From Candidatus Pacebacteria bacterium CG_4_10_14_0_8_um_filter_42_14 (GTDB taxonomy: Bacteria > Patescibacteriota > Microgenomatia > UBA1400 > PJMF01): a stretch of DNA of 59,660 nt. This document shows, piece by piece, positions 17,309 to 28,021 of this stretch. The stretch spans positions 1 to 59,660 of the forward strand of contig PFLP01000027.1 in assembly GCA_002784625.1 (NCBI GenBank). Reading direction: 5' to 3'. Within the stretch, counting starts at the first letter, position 1. Every line of letters begins with the position of its first letter. The notes below the pieces were generated by a model. It saw nothing but the letters and a program-made list of their open reading frames with translations. It was not told the origin of the DNA and did not search any database. The position numbers were made by a program, and so were the translations under genes.

Positions 17309-18278
17309 TGTGCTTTTTAGTGAGTTTGGTCTGATGGGCATCGGATTAGTTTTGATACTTGTCGCGGCCGAGCTGCTCTTAAGTTTGAGCAAACAACTCG
17401 CTGCTCGTTTTAGATTGTCACCACTAATTGTTTCGCTGATTATTGTGGCCTTTGGTACGAATTTACCAGAGTTAGTCGTATCCATTGCTTCTATACAACA
17501 AGGAGAAGCTGGATTAGCGTTGGGAAACTTGATTGGTAGTAGCGTGGTGAATATTACCCTAGTCTTTGCTGTCGCCTCCTTATTTAATTCTGTAAAACTA
17601 GGAAACACAAAAACACAAAAAAATGGGCTCATTCTTCTAAGTTGTGTTGTCATTTTTGTCACAACTCAGTTTCTTGGAGTTCCTGCCAAAATTACAGCCT
17701 GGCTGCTACTCGGATCAACTTTAGTAGCAGTTACCTATCAGCTGCTTCTGGGTATTAATGGCAGAAAAGCAGAGGATCGTGTTTTTATGCAGCTTGTTGC
17801 CAAATTAAGAAAAAGAAAAAAAGTTCAGCCGTTGTTAAAGCAAATTATTTATGCCGTACTGGCAGCCGCTGGACTCTGGATGGGAGGCTCGCTTACTGTG
17901 GCAAGTGTAACTAGAATATCGGATATCATTGGAGTTAGTACAACTTTTATTGGATTAACCATAACTTCATTAGCAACGACCTTGCCAGAATTGCTCACGG
18001 TGCTTACCGCGAGTGCTCACAAAGAAAATAAGGTTGTGATTGGAACGATTATTGGAAGCAATATTTTCAACCTTACTTTATTTCCAGCCATCATTTTTGG
18101 TTTTGCAGGATCCGTATTAATTTCCTGGGTAGAGATAGGTTTACTTCTAGCTGTTACCTGCGTATTTGTTTCGATGTTATTCTATTTTAGAGGAAAAGTT
18201 GTTAATAAATTTGCTAGCCTAGGACTTCTAAGTCTCTTCTTTGTATTTATTGCCACTACTTTGTATTTACAACCATGA
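17301..18278 (+). CDS. CaCA family sodium/calcium exchanger-type membrane protein
   Basis: Alpha-repeat motifs GTNLPELVVSI and ATTLPELLTVL. Polytopic. Confidence 0.75.
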   Translation: MPNVLFSEFGLMGIGLVLILVAAELLLSLSKQLAARFRLSPLIVSLIIVAFGTNLPELVVSIASIQQGEAGLALGNLIGSSVVNITLVFAVASLFNSVKLGNTKTQKNGLILLSCVVIFVTTQFLGVPAKITAWLLLGSTLVAVTYQLLLGINGRKAEDRVFMQLVAKLRKRKKVQPLLKQIIYAVLAAAGLWMGGSLTVASVTRISDIIGVSTTFIGLTITSLATTLPELLTVLTASAHKENKVVIGTIIGSNIFNLTLFPAIIFGFAGSVLISWVEIGLLLAVTCVFVSMLFYFRGKVVNKFASLGLLSLFFVFIATTLYLQP

Positions 18279-19642
18279 AAAAATCAATTCAACTTCAAAC
18301 TCCTCCGAGCCTTTGGCGTAATCTTGGTCCATCGTTTATTTTACTTGGACTAGCGCTGGGAAGCGGGGAATTGATTCTTTGGCCGTATCTTGCTGCGAAC
18401 TGGGGGCTGGGTTTGCTTTGGGGAGCCCTACTTGGGATTTCCCTTCAGTATGTTCTAAATACAGAAGTGATGAGATACAGTCTTGCTTGGAGTGAAAGCG
18501 TTTTTGTTGGGTTTCGAAGATTGTCAGTTCTGATTCCAACCTGGTACATTCTTTCGACAGCAATTCCATGGTCTATCCCTGGTTTTTCATCAGCGGCCGC
18601 AGAAATTGTCCACAAGCTTTTACCAATACTTCCAGCTTCATGGATAGCTATCACTCTGTTGCTCTTAGCAGGATTTATTTTGTCGGTTGGAAAATCACTT
18701 TACTTGACAATGGTTCGTTTTCAGACTGTGGTGATTTTGGTGGGCATGGTGATTATTGTGGCTCTGGTTTCAATGTTTACCAGTCTCAGCGACTGGCAAC
18801 TAGTGGGTTGGGGCATACTTGGTAATGGTGGTTCTTGGTGGTTTTTTCCAGCTGGAGTTCAGTTGACGGCTTTTCTAGCGGCATTTGCATATGCTGGCGC
18901 AGGTGGCAATCTAAACCTCGCCCAATCTTTTTATATCAAGGAAAAGGGTTTTGGCATGGGTGTTTATGCCGAGAAAGTGGGCAGCGTGCTGAGAGGTACT
19001 CACGAGGAAACAGCACTTAGGGGCAAAACCTTTTCGCAAACACCAACCAATATGCGAAGATGGAAAATGTGGTGGCGACACGTAACCACAGAACACCTGC
19101 TCATTTTCTGGTTGCTGGGTTTCGTCACCATAGTTTTACTTTCAGTTCTCTCATACGCGACAGTCTATAGTCATGCGACTGAATCTGGTTTGTCATTTCT
19201 CTATGCCGAGTCGGCAGTGATTGGTGATAGTGCGGGAAACCTGGTGCGTATTGGTTTTCTTTCGCTAGCGGCCATGATGTTGTTCTCAACCCAGCTTGGA
19301 GTCTTGGAGTCATCAGCGCGAATTATTTCAGAAAATATTGTGCTTCTAACTAAGTGGAGAAAAAACAAAGCCGACGTTACTGCTAGTTTTTCCATTGTTG
19401 TTTGGGCGCAAATAGGTATTGGAATTTTGGTCTATGCTCTTGGCTTTACCGAACCTAGAGTACTTATCACTTTATCGGCGATTCTTAACGCGGCCGCCAT
19501 GATGGTGTCGTTTATCCTGATTGGAATATTGAACAAAAAGCGCTTGCATCCAGCCCAACAGCCACATATTTGGCGAACAACCTTTTTGATTCTTGGGGCG
19601 GCCTTCTTTGCCTTACTGTTGGTCTTGACGGTTTTTTCCTGA
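18275..19642 (+). CDS. Nramp-related polytopic transporter lacking the canonical DPGN motif
   Basis: LGPSFILLGLALGSGELILWPYLAANWGLGLLWGALLGISLQYVLNTEVMRYS parallels Nramp TM1-TM2. About 11 hydrophobic segments. Confidence 0.5.
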   Translation: MKKSIQLQTPPSLWRNLGPSFILLGLALGSGELILWPYLAANWGLGLLWGALLGISLQYVLNTEVMRYSLAWSESVFVGFRRLSVLIPTWYILSTAIPWSIPGFSSAAAEIVHKLLPILPASWIAITLLLLAGFILSVGKSLYLTMVRFQTVVILVGMVIIVALVSMFTSLSDWQLVGWGILGNGGSWWFFPAGVQLTAFLAAFAYAGAGGNLNLAQSFYIKEKGFGMGVYAEKVGSVLRGTHEETALRGKTFSQTPTNMRRWKMWWRHVTTEHLLIFWLLGFVTIVLLSVLSYATVYSHATESGLSFLYAESAVIGDSAGNLVRIGFLSLAAMMLFSTQLGVLESSARIISENIVLLTKWRKNKADVTASFSIVVWAQIGIGILVYALGFTEPRVLITLSAILNAAAMMVSFILIGILNKKRLHPAQQPHIWRTTFLILGAAFFALLLVLTVFS

Positions 19643-19676
19643 GTTAAGTAACAATTATTTGTAATATACTGCTCCT

Positions 19677-20639
19677 GTGAAAAAGTTTTTTGTTTTCTTG
19701 CTCTCTCTAGTTGCTTTGCTTATTGTCGTAGCTGCAGGTCTGGGTCTTTATGTCAGACAAGCACTGCAACCGGTTTCGTCTGATACTACTGAAATGAGAT
19801 TTGTGGTTACCCGTGGACAAGCTATTTCAAACATTGCCTCAAATTTACAGGAAGCAGGGCTGATTCACTCTGGCCAAATTTTCTCCTGGTACGTTCGCCT
19901 TAATAAAATTGATAAAAAAATTCAGGCAGGCTCATTTACACTTTCCGCATCACAATCTTTTCTGGAAATCGCCCAAGCATTAACAGAGGGTACGGAGGAT
20001 GTTTGGATTACCTTGCTTGAAGGTTGGAGAGTGGAAGAAACTGCTGATTATCTTGAAAAATCAGAGTTAGACACTTTCAACAAAGCTGACTTTCTCGAAC
20101 TTTCTGCCACCAGTGAGGGTTACTTATTCCCCGACACCTATCTGGTCCCCAGAGAAATAACCGCTGAAGCTCTTTACAACTTATTCACCAGGACTTTTGA
20201 AAATAAAGTTGCTACTGAGTTTGGAGATCTTGACCAAGCTGACTTGAAGCGCTTAGTTATTTTAGCCTCCCTGGTTGAGAGAGAAGCTAGAGGATTCACC
20301 CAAATGCGTCATGTGGCGGGCATACTTGAGAATAGATTGGAGATTGGCATGGCCTTACAAGTCGATGCCACGCTTCAATACATTCGGGGGGAAGTTAATG
20401 GTAAGTGGTGGTCGCCTCCTAGATCAGAAGATAAAAAACTTTCTTCACCATACAACACTTACGAAAACCCTGGCTTGCCACCATATCCGATTGCCAATCC
20501 GGGGCTAGACGCCTTAAAGGCAGCTTACGATCCTTTGCAAGTTGACGATCTATATTATCTTCATGCTCCCTCAGGAGAAATATATTTTGGCGAAACGCTC
20601 GAAGAGCACAACCAGAATATAAGCAAATACTTGCGATAG
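19677..20639 (+). CDS. mltG: Endolytic murein transglycosylase MltG (YceG-like)
   Basis: GTG start. N-terminal TM helix. LEGWRVEE, LASLVEREA and YNTYENPGLPPYPIANPG. Confidence 0.85.
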   Translation: MKKFFVFLLSLVALLIVVAAGLGLYVRQALQPVSSDTTEMRFVVTRGQAISNIASNLQEAGLIHSGQIFSWYVRLNKIDKKIQAGSFTLSASQSFLEIAQALTEGTEDVWITLLEGWRVEETADYLEKSELDTFNKADFLELSATSEGYLFPDTYLVPREITAEALYNLFTRTFENKVATEFGDLDQADLKRLVILASLVEREARGFTQMRHVAGILENRLEIGMALQVDATLQYIRGEVNGKWWSPPRSEDKKLSSPYNTYENPGLPPYPIANPGLDALKAAYDPLQVDDLYYLHAPSGEIYFGETLEEHNQNISKYLR

Positions 20640-20650
20640 CTATTTTTTTA

Positions 20651-20659
20651 TGCTACAAT
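20651..20659 (+). promoter_or_regulatory. Extended -10 promoter element TGCTACAAT upstream of the rpoB leader
   Basis: TGnTAnAAT match 12 nt downstream of the mltG stop, preceded by a T-run. Confidence 0.35.
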
Positions 20660-20682
20660 TCCAGATTCAGCGATAGACAGTC

Positions 20683-20793
20683 AAGGAGCGGGGTTTTTTT
20701 GCAGACAACACAACAACGTCTGACAGTCACACAATAACTGCCAACAACACGAGATAACAGATGTCGTGTTTTTTTTGTGTGTCCCGCCCGCTC
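20683..20793 (+). promoter_or_regulatory. Candidate structured leader / attenuator upstream of rpoB
   Basis: AAGGAG (20683-20688) is followed by a TTG-initiated 12-codon mini-ORF at 20699-20737 (MQTTQQRLTVTQ). Hairpins CAGAC/GTCTG (20702-20722) and ACACGA/TCGTGT (20747-20769) plus T8. A long-range GC stem pairs GAGCGGG (20686-20692) with CCCGCTC (20787-20793). Confidence 0.3.
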
Positions 20794-20829
20794 TATATAA
20801 AAAATAAAGCGCATTAGTGCGATAGGGAG

Positions 20830-23800
20830 ATGCTTATGTCACATTCACTTCGTCAAAACTGGGGTCTTTCTCATGGCACTTTGCCTGAGCTCGACTTGGT
20901 AGGACTCCAAGTCGCAAGTTACCAACAGTTTCTCGACGAAGGTATTCGTGACAGTATCCAAGAAATCTATGGTGGGGCAGGAGTAGAGGACTACACTGGT
21001 AAAAACTGGTCACTTTCATTCAACAAACATCACTTTGGTCAACCAAAGTTTACGATTAAAGAAGCCAAACAGAAGGGTTTGTCATATGACATGCCACTTT
21101 ATGCAGAGGCAAAACTCAGCAACAAAAAAACTGGCGATGTAAATGTTCAAGACGTGTTTTTGGGTGATATTCCTAAAATGACGCCAATTGGCACTTTTAT
21201 CATCAATGGTATCGAGCGCGCAGTCGTCACTCAGCTGGTCAGATCACCAGGTGTGTTCTTCTCAGGTGATACCGACGCCACCACAGGTCGCCAACTTTAC
21301 CAAGCAGAGTTAAGGCCAAAACGTGGGTCGTGGCTTGAGTTTTCAGTTGGCAAAAAGAATGTCATCAGTGTCAAGATCGACCGCAGACGCAAAATTCCTG
21401 TCACCGTGCTCTTGAGAGCCATTGGCTATAGTTCAAATGAAGAAATTATTGAGTTACTCAAAGATGCTATTGAGCAAGATGAGCTCGACCTAATTGATAC
21501 TACTTTTTCCAAAGACTCCACACGCTCACAGTCAGAGGCCCTTATCGAAATTTATGAAAAAATGAGACCTGGTGAGCCAGCCGTCTTGGATACCGCCCAA
21601 GAATACGTTAAACAAATTTTCTTTGATCGCAGACGATATGATCTCGGCAAAGTCGGTCGATATAAACTTAATCGAAGACTTAATCTAAAAGTTTCAGAAG
21701 ACACCATCGTCCTCACACCAGAAGACGTTGCTAATACAGTTAAATACCTTATTTTGCTCCAAAATGGCAAAGGTAAGGTTGACGACATCGATCACTTAAG
21801 CAATCGTCGAGTTCGCCAGATCGGTGAATTAGTCCAAGAATCAGCTTTCCGTATCGGCCTAATTCGTTTAGAGAGATCTATCCGTGAGAAAATGTCTTTG
21901 ACAAAAACTGACGAGACTTTGACCCCAGCAAGTTTAGTAAATGCTCGCCCTCTTATCGCTACAATTTCAGAATTCTTCCGTCGCAATCGACTTTCAACAA
22001 TTCTTGATCAAACTAATCCACTTGCTGAGATCGACAATCTCCGTCGCTTGTCAGTCATGGGTACTGGCGGTGTTACTAGAGAGCGCGCCTCATTTTCTAT
22101 GAGAGACATCAATGCTTCGCAATACTCGAGAATTGACCCAGTTCGCTCCCCAGAAGGTCCAAACATTGGTCTAGTTACCTACTTCTCTTTATACGCGAGA
22201 GTTAATAATTTCGGTTTCCTTGAAGCTCCATATCAACCAGTCGTTAAGGCCGGTAAAAAAATGAAGGTCATTGACGAGATCGTCTATCTTTCCGCCGATG
22301 ATGAAGAAGATCGAAAGATCACTCATAGAAGTATCGCCATCAGTGATACAGGAATCATTCAGGATGATTGGGTTCCAATTCGATTTGCTAACAGCTTTAT
22401 TGAAGGTCCTGTCGAGGAAGTTGAGTTCATTGACGTTGCTCCTCGCCAAGTTATTGGTACCTCTGCTTCGCTGATTCCATTTATCGCTCATGATGAAGCT
22501 AATCGTGCCTTGATGGGTACCCATATGCAGTGTCAAGCAGTGCCATTGATCAAGCCAGATTCTCCAATTGTTGGAACAGGCATGGAGAGAGAAGTCGCTA
22601 TTGCTATGCGGCACACAGTAACTGCTAATCACGGCGGATCGGTTTCTTACGTCGACGGAAATAAAATTGAAATTACTATTAGCCCAACCGAACTGAAGCA
22701 AGCACAAAAAGCCGTCAAGGACGAACTTTCCGTTATTTTCGGTGACAAAGAAATCTATGAGATTGCAAAATTTGTTCGTACTTCACAAAGTACTTGCTAC
22801 TCACAACGCCCAATCGTGGCTCTTGGACAAAAGATTAAAAAAGGTGAAGTTATCATTGATGGTCCATCTTCCGATCAAGGTGAGCTAGCTCTTGGTAGCA
22901 ATGTTGTCATCGCTTATAGTTCCTTTGACGGTCTAGGTTACGAAGATGCTATCGTTATCTCCGATCGACTCGTCAGGGAAGATGTTCTAACTTCGATCCA
23001 GATCAGTGAGTATAAATCAAAGGTCATGGATACCAAACTCGGACCGGAAGAATTGACCAATGATATTCCAAACGTTTCTGAGATTTTCCTTGGCAATCTA
23101 ACTGAAGAGGGAATTATTAGAGTTGGCAGCATTGTTAATGCTGGTGATATTCTCGTTGGCAAAATTGCTCCAAAGGGAGAAACAGAGCTTACACCTGAAG
23201 AACGTTTACTTCGAGCAATTTTCGGAGAAAAATCTCGAGAAGTTCGCGATACCTCACAGCGAATGCCACATGGTGAGTCCGGAACAGTTATTGACGTTCA
23301 AGTTCTCGATACGGCCCTGGGAGACGAATTAGATCCAGGCACAATTAAAGAAGTCACTGTTAAAGTCGCTCAGATGAGAAAGATCACCGTCGGTGACAAG
23401 CTCGCCGGTCGACATGGAAACAAGGGCGTCATCTCAAAGATCGTTCCAGCAGCAGACATGCCTCATCTTGAGGATGGCACTACTGTTGACGTGATTATCT
23501 CGCCACTTTCAGTGCTTGCTCGTATGAATCTTGGTCAATTGCTTGAGGCTCACGCGGGTTGGGCAGCTAAAGTACTCGGTTACAAAGTCGCTGTTCCAGC
23601 CTTTGAACCATTCGAAGAGCAAAAAATCTGGGACGAACTTAAAAGAGCTGGTTTGCCTGTCTCTGGAAAAGCTCAGCTTTATGATGGACGAACTGGAGAA
23701 GTATACGGTGAGCCAACTACTGTCGGTATTGGTTACATCTTGAAACTCACCCACATGGTTGAGGACAAGATGCACGCTCGATCCACTGGTCCATACTCGT

Positions 23801-24297
23801 TAGTTACTCAGCAACCACTCGGTGGTAAAGCCCAAATGGGAGGTCAGAGACTTGGAGAAATGGAAGTCTGGGCCCTGGAAGCGCATCGCGCAGCTCATAC
23901 ACTCCAAGAAATGCTTACCATTAAATCAGATGATGTAATTGGTCGAGCCAAAGCATTCGAAGCTATTGTTAAGGGCGAAGAAATTCCAGCCCCAACAGTG
24001 CCAGAATCCTTCAGAGTGCTCATGAGAGAGTTGAATTCTCTCGGAGTAGACGTTGTTCCACATGGCGCAGAAGTTATCGAGGAAGAAACTTTATTTTCAG
24101 CAACAGGAAAAACTAGCGCTGGAGATGACGACGACGAGCTCGATGATGAACCAAATGAAGATGACACAACTGATTCCACTGATGACGCTGATGGCGCAGA
24201 CGACGAAGAAGTGGAAGAGCCAAATTTGACAGAAGATGTCGAAGACAGCGAAGAAGATGAGGCGGTATCAGAAGATAGTCAGGAGACCGAAGATTAA
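20830..24297 (+). CDS. rpoB: DNA-directed RNA polymerase subunit beta, with a roughly 70-aa acidic C-terminal tail
   Basis: Full-length match to RpoB motifs (GTFIINGIERAVVTQLVRSPGVFF, GRHGNKGV, MVEDKMHARSTGPYSLVTQQPLGGKAQMGGQRLGEMEVWALEAH). A second ATG at 20836 is better spaced from the GGGAG. Confidence 0.95.
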   Translation: MLMSHSLRQNWGLSHGTLPELDLVGLQVASYQQFLDEGIRDSIQEIYGGAGVEDYTGKNWSLSFNKHHFGQPKFTIKEAKQKGLSYDMPLYAEAKLSNKKTGDVNVQDVFLGDIPKMTPIGTFIINGIERAVVTQLVRSPGVFFSGDTDATTGRQLYQAELRPKRGSWLEFSVGKKNVISVKIDRRRKIPVTVLLRAIGYSSNEEIIELLKDAIEQDELDLIDTTFSKDSTRSQSEALIEIYEKMRPGEPAVLDTAQEYVKQIFFDRRRYDLGKVGRYKLNRRLNLKVSEDTIVLTPEDVANTVKYLILLQNGKGKVDDIDHLSNRRVRQIGELVQESAFRIGLIRLERSIREKMSLTKTDETLTPASLVNARPLIATISEFFRRNRLSTILDQTNPLAEIDNLRRLSVMGTGGVTRERASFSMRDINASQYSRIDPVRSPEGPNIGLVTYFSLYARVNNFGFLEAPYQPVVKAGKKMKVIDEIVYLSADDEEDRKITHRSIAISDTGIIQDDWVPIRFANSFIEGPVEEVEFIDVAPRQVIGTSASLIPFIAHDEANRALMGTHMQCQAVPLIKPDSPIVGTGMEREVAIAMRHTVTANHGGSVSYVDGNKIEITISPTELKQAQKAVKDELSVIFGDKEIYEIAKFVRTSQSTCYSQRPIVALGQKIKKGEVIIDGPSSDQGELALGSNVVIAYSSFDGLGYEDAIVISDRLVREDVLTSIQISEYKSKVMDTKLGPEELTNDIPNVSEIFLGNLTEEGIIRVGSIVNAGDILVGKIAPKGETELTPEERLLRAIFGEKSREVRDTSQRMPHGESGTVIDVQVLDTALGDELDPGTIKEVTVKVAQMRKITVGDKLAGRHGNKGVISKIVPAADMPHLEDGTTVDVIISPLSVLARMNLGQLLEAHAGWAAKVLGYKVAVPAFEPFEEQKIWDELKRAGLPVSGKAQLYDGRTGEVYGEPTTVGIGYILKLTHMVEDKMHARSTGPYSLVTQQPLGGKAQMGGQRLGEMEVWALEAHRAAHTLQEMLTIKSDDVIGRAKAFEAIVKGEEIPAPTVPESFRVLMRELNSLGVDVVPHGAEVIEEETLFSATGKTSAGDDDDELDDEPNEDDTTDSTDDADGADDEEVEEPNLTEDVEDSEEDEAVSEDSQETED

Positions 24298-24314
24298 CTA
24301 ATTGAGGCACAACT

Positions 24315-27300
24315 ATGAAAAACATTATTGACTTTACCGCACTTGAAATCAGAATCGCTTCTCCAGAAGTGATTAAATCTTGGTCTTTTGGAGAGGTTCG
24401 CAAACCAGAAACAATTAACTATCGTTCCCTTAAAGCCGAAAAAGATGGTCTTTTCGATGAGAAGATCTTCGGGCCTATGAAGGATTACGAGTGCTACTGC
24501 GGAAAGTACAAGCGCATCCGCTATAGAGGTATCATCTGTGATAAATGTGGTGTTGAAGTCACCCAGTCAAAAGTTCGCCGTGAGCGCATGGGTCACATTA
24601 CCTTGGCCGCTCCAGTGGCTCATATTTGGTTTTTCAAAGGTGCCCCTTCGAAATTATCACTACTTTTAGATATTTCTCCTAGAAATATTAACTCCATCAT
24701 CTATTTCTCCAAGTACATCGTTCTTGATGTTGATAGTGATGACAAAGTCAAAAACATGGATCAACTCAGTGTTGATTTAGTTACTGCGACTGATGAGCTT
24801 AAAGCTACCGCTAAAGATCTAATCGAAAAAGAAGCCGAGGCTCTTATTGTCGGTACAGCTACTCTCAAAGAGAAGGTTTCTAATAAAGAAACTCTTCAGC
24901 TAAAAGTGACAGAGCTTCAGCTTAAGGCAAAGAATAAAGTCGCAGCCCTCAAGAAACAACTTGATACCCAGAACGAGCAAACTGAGGAAATCTATAAAGC
25001 CTTGAGAACCATGCTCAAGAAAATTGACAAGGGCACAATTCTTTCTGAAGATGAATATCTTAAACTCGACGAGTACGGAGTTGCTTCGCACCTTCGTGTT
25101 GGTATGGGCGCAGAGAGTCTTCTCGAATTAGTTCATGAGCTAGATCTTGATAACCTAATTGAGTTTTTACGAAAAGAAATGAACGAGACCAAGGGTGCTC
25201 GAAGAATTAAGGCTATTAAGCGTCTTCGCGTTGTCGAAGGTTTGCGTAAGGCTCAGATCGATGCTTCTTGGATGTTTATGGCTATCTTGCCAGTTATCCC
25301 ACCAGATCTTAGACCTATGGTTCAGCTCAGTGGTGGTCGTTTTGCTACCTCTGATCTTAATGACTTGTATCGTCGTGTAATTAATAGAAATAATCGCTTG
25401 AAGCATCTGATTGAACTCGGTGCTCCTGAAATTATTCTTCGCAACGAAAAACGCATGCTTCAGGAAGCTGTCGACTCTTTGATTGATGGCACTCAGGCTC
25501 GTCAGTCTCGACGTCGAGCAACTCGTCGACCTCTGAAATCACTGAGCGAAATGCTCAAGGGTAAGCAAGGTCGATTCCGTCAGAATCTTTTGGGGAAACG
25601 TGTTGACTACTCAGGACGATCAGTTATCGTTGTTGGTCCAGAATTAAAGCTTAATGAGTGTGGTTTGCCAAAAGACATGGCGCTTGAAATTTTCAAGCCT
25701 TATGTTTTGCGCGAACTTATTATTCATGGTACCGCACCAAACGTTAAGAGTGCCCGTCAGCTTATCGAGCGACGAGAGCCAGAAGTTTACGATATTCTCG
25801 AAGACGTTACTAAAAATCATCCAGTTATTTTGAATCGTGCACCAACGCTGCATAAACTTGGTATGCAGGCATTTTACCCAATCTTAATTGAGGGTAATGC
25901 CATTCGCTTGCATCCTTGCGTTTGTTCTGGCTACAATGCTGACTTCGACGGAGATCAAATGGCTGTTCACGTACCTTTGACTGTTCAGGCACAGGCAGAA
26001 GCACGCGATCTGATGATGGCTACTCATAACTTGCTGAAACCAGCAAATGGTGAACCTATCACGATCCCTAATAAAGAAATGGCTATGGGTATTTACTACC
26101 TAACTTTGGTGAACGCTGCTCGTGAAAAATTCACACACATCTTTGCCAGCGTCGAGGAAGCAATGCATGCTCATCAGACTAAGGTAATTACTCAGAGACA
26201 GCTCATTACGGTTCGATTCGAACACAACGGCAAACTTGAGCGAGTCGAGACAACCATCGGAAGATTAATGTTTAATGCTCTTTTGCCATCGAGCTTTGAG
26301 TACATTAATGAAGAGGTTAATTCTCAGCGTATTAAACAGATCATTACCACGGCTATCGAGAATCACTCACAAGAAGAGGTTTCTACTCTGATTGACGCTA
26401 TTAAAGATCTTGGTTTCAAAGCTGCAACAGATTCAGGTCTCTCAGTTGCTGTTACCGACTGCGAAATGATCGCTGAAAAAGCTGGAATTATCGTTTCTGC
26501 TAACAAGCGCGTTGAGTTAATTCAAGATGCTTATCAAGAAGGTTCCATCTCAGCTGAGGAGCGTAAACGTATGTCCTTTGATGTTTGGTTGGAAACAACT
26601 GAAACAGTGGCTGAAAAAACTTGGGACTCTTACTCCGAGACTAATGCCGTCAAAGTGATCATTAATTCTGGAGGTACTCGTGCTTCTAAAGATCAGGTTA
26701 AGCAGCTTGCTGCTATGCGTGGTCTCGTAGTTGATCCACTTGGAAACATCGTCGAGATGCCTACTAAGTCGAACTTCCGCGAAGGACTTTCAATTTTCGA
26801 GTATGTGACTTCAGCTCGTGGTTCTAGAAAAGGTCTGACTGACTCAGCTATCAAAACTGCTGACGCTGGTTACCTAACTCGAAGACTCTGCGACGTTTCT
26901 CATGATGTTATCATCCGTATGGAAGATTGCGGCACTGACGAAGGCATTGAGATTATTAACGACGATAGAAAAGACGTTTTCCCAATTCGTATGTCTGGTC
27001 GATTTGCCCTCAATGACATTAAAGTTGGTCGAAAAGTTATCGTCAAGGCTGGAGAAATCATCACTCAAGATCTTGGAAAAGAAATTGCAGCAGCCGGCGT
27101 AGAGCGTGTATCTGTCAGATCACCTTTGACTTGTCAGGCCGCCAAGGGAATGTGCGCCACTTGTTATGGTTGGGATTTCTCAACTCACGCAACTGTCGCC
27201 ATTGGTGTCCCAGTCGGAATCGTGGCTGCTCAATCTATCGGAGAGCCTGGAACACAGCTGACTATGCGTGTTAAGCACTCTGGAGGAATCGTCGGACTTG

Positions 27301-27995
27301 ACGTGACTCAAGGTTTGCCACGTGTTGAAGAACTGCTCGAAGCAAGAAACCCAAAGAATCAAGCTTTGATCACTGAAGCAGCTGGCAAAGTCAAAATTAA
27401 GATTAAAGACAACGAAACAACAATTACTGTTTCTGGTGATGACTCTGTTGAGTACACTGTTCCCGCTGGAACACCACTCGCCGTTGACACTGGAGATTTG
27501 GTCCATATTGGCCAGCAGCTAACTGCTGGTTCGATTAATCTTAGAGAGTATTTGCTCCTTAGAGGATTAACACCACTCCAGATGCATGTCGTTAGAGAAG
27601 TCCAGCGAGTCTATGAGTCGCAAGGTATTCCAATTCACGACAAACATTTTGAGGTTATTGTCCGCAAGATGAGTGACAAACTTCAGATCGAAGCCACAGG
27701 GGACACAAGTTTCCTGACGGGCGAGATCACCGAGCACAGCAAGTTTGTTGAGGTCAATGAAGAGACGATCGCCGCAGGTGGTGAGCCAGCGACAGCTAAG
27801 GTATTATTCCTTGGTATTACGCGCTCATCTCTCTATACGGATTCATGGTTGTCTGCAGCTTCATTCCAACACACCAAACACATCCTAACCGATGCGGCTA
27901 GTGCTGGCTCAGTTGATAATCTAGTTGGTCTAAAAGAGAATGTAATTATCGGTCGATTAATCCCGACCAGTGAGGATAGAGCGAGAATCTTGTAA
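24315..27995 (+). CDS. rpoC: DNA-directed RNA polymerase subunit beta'
   Basis: Zn-binding [25 protein letters not shown], the catalytic [12 protein letters not shown], and [15 protein letters not shown]. Confidence 0.95.
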   Translation: MKNIIDFTALEIRIASPEVIKSWSFGEVRKPETINYRSLKAEKDGLFDEKIFGPMKDYECYCGKYKRIRYRGIICDKCGVEVTQSKVRRERMGHITLAAPVAHIWFFKGAPSKLSLLLDISPRNINSIIYFSKYIVLDVDSDDKVKNMDQLSVDLVTATDELKATAKDLIEKEAEALIVGTATLKEKVSNKETLQLKVTELQLKAKNKVAALKKQLDTQNEQTEEIYKALRTMLKKIDKGTILSEDEYLKLDEYGVASHLRVGMGAESLLELVHELDLDNLIEFLRKEMNETKGARRIKAIKRLRVVEGLRKAQIDASWMFMAILPVIPPDLRPMVQLSGGRFATSDLNDLYRRVINRNNRLKHLIELGAPEIILRNEKRMLQEAVDSLIDGTQARQSRRRATRRPLKSLSEMLKGKQGRFRQNLLGKRVDYSGRSVIVVGPELKLNECGLPKDMALEIFKPYVLRELIIHGTAPNVKSARQLIERREPEVYDILEDVTKNHPVILNRAPTLHKLGMQAFYPILIEGNAIRLHPCVCSGYNADFDGDQMAVHVPLTVQAQAEARDLMMATHNLLKPANGEPITIPNKEMAMGIYYLTLVNAAREKFTHIFASVEEAMHAHQTKVITQRQLITVRFEHNGKLERVETTIGRLMFNALLPSSFEYINEEVNSQRIKQIITTAIENHSQEEVSTLIDAIKDLGFKAATDSGLSVAVTDCEMIAEKAGIIVSANKRVELIQDAYQEGSISAEERKRMSFDVWLETTETVAEKTWDSYSETNAVKVIINSGGTRASKDQVKQLAAMRGLVVDPLGNIVEMPTKSNFREGLSIFEYVTSARGSRKGLTDSAIKTADAGYLTRRLCDVSHDVIIRMEDCGTDEGIEIINDDRKDVFPIRMSGRFALNDIKVGRKVIVKAGEIITQDLGKEIAAAGVERVSVRSPLTCQAAKGMCATCYGWDFSTHATVAIGVPVGIVAAQSIGEPGTQLTMRVKHSGGIVGLDVTQGLPRVEELLEARNPKNQALITEAAGKVKIKIKDNETTITVSGDDSVEYTVPAGTPLAVDTGDLVHIGQQLTAGSINLREYLLLRGLTPLQMHVVREVQRVYESQGIPIHDKHFEVIVRKMSDKLQIEATGDTSFLTGEITEHSKFVEVNEETIAAGGEPATAKVLFLGITRSSLYTDSWLSAASFQHTKHILTDAASAGSVDNLVGLKENVIIGRLIPTSEDRARIL

Positions 27996-28021
27996 CTTCC
28001 TCTGCAGAAGTCCCAGGTCTA

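Noticed and set aside
22189-22707. 172-aa ORF on the - strand inside rpoB. Similar long antisense ORFs occur at 29183-29761 (in fusA), 31445-31975 (in tuf), 36924-37427 (across rpsC/rplP), 41550-41954 (in rplO/secY), 16492-16923 (in the sortase gene), 15295-15717, 9576-9953 and 1918-2262.
   Set aside because: All lie antisense to genes with unambiguous family motifs. They have low-complexity or Ser/Leu/Arg-rich translations typical of shadow ORFs and show no recognisable motifs.
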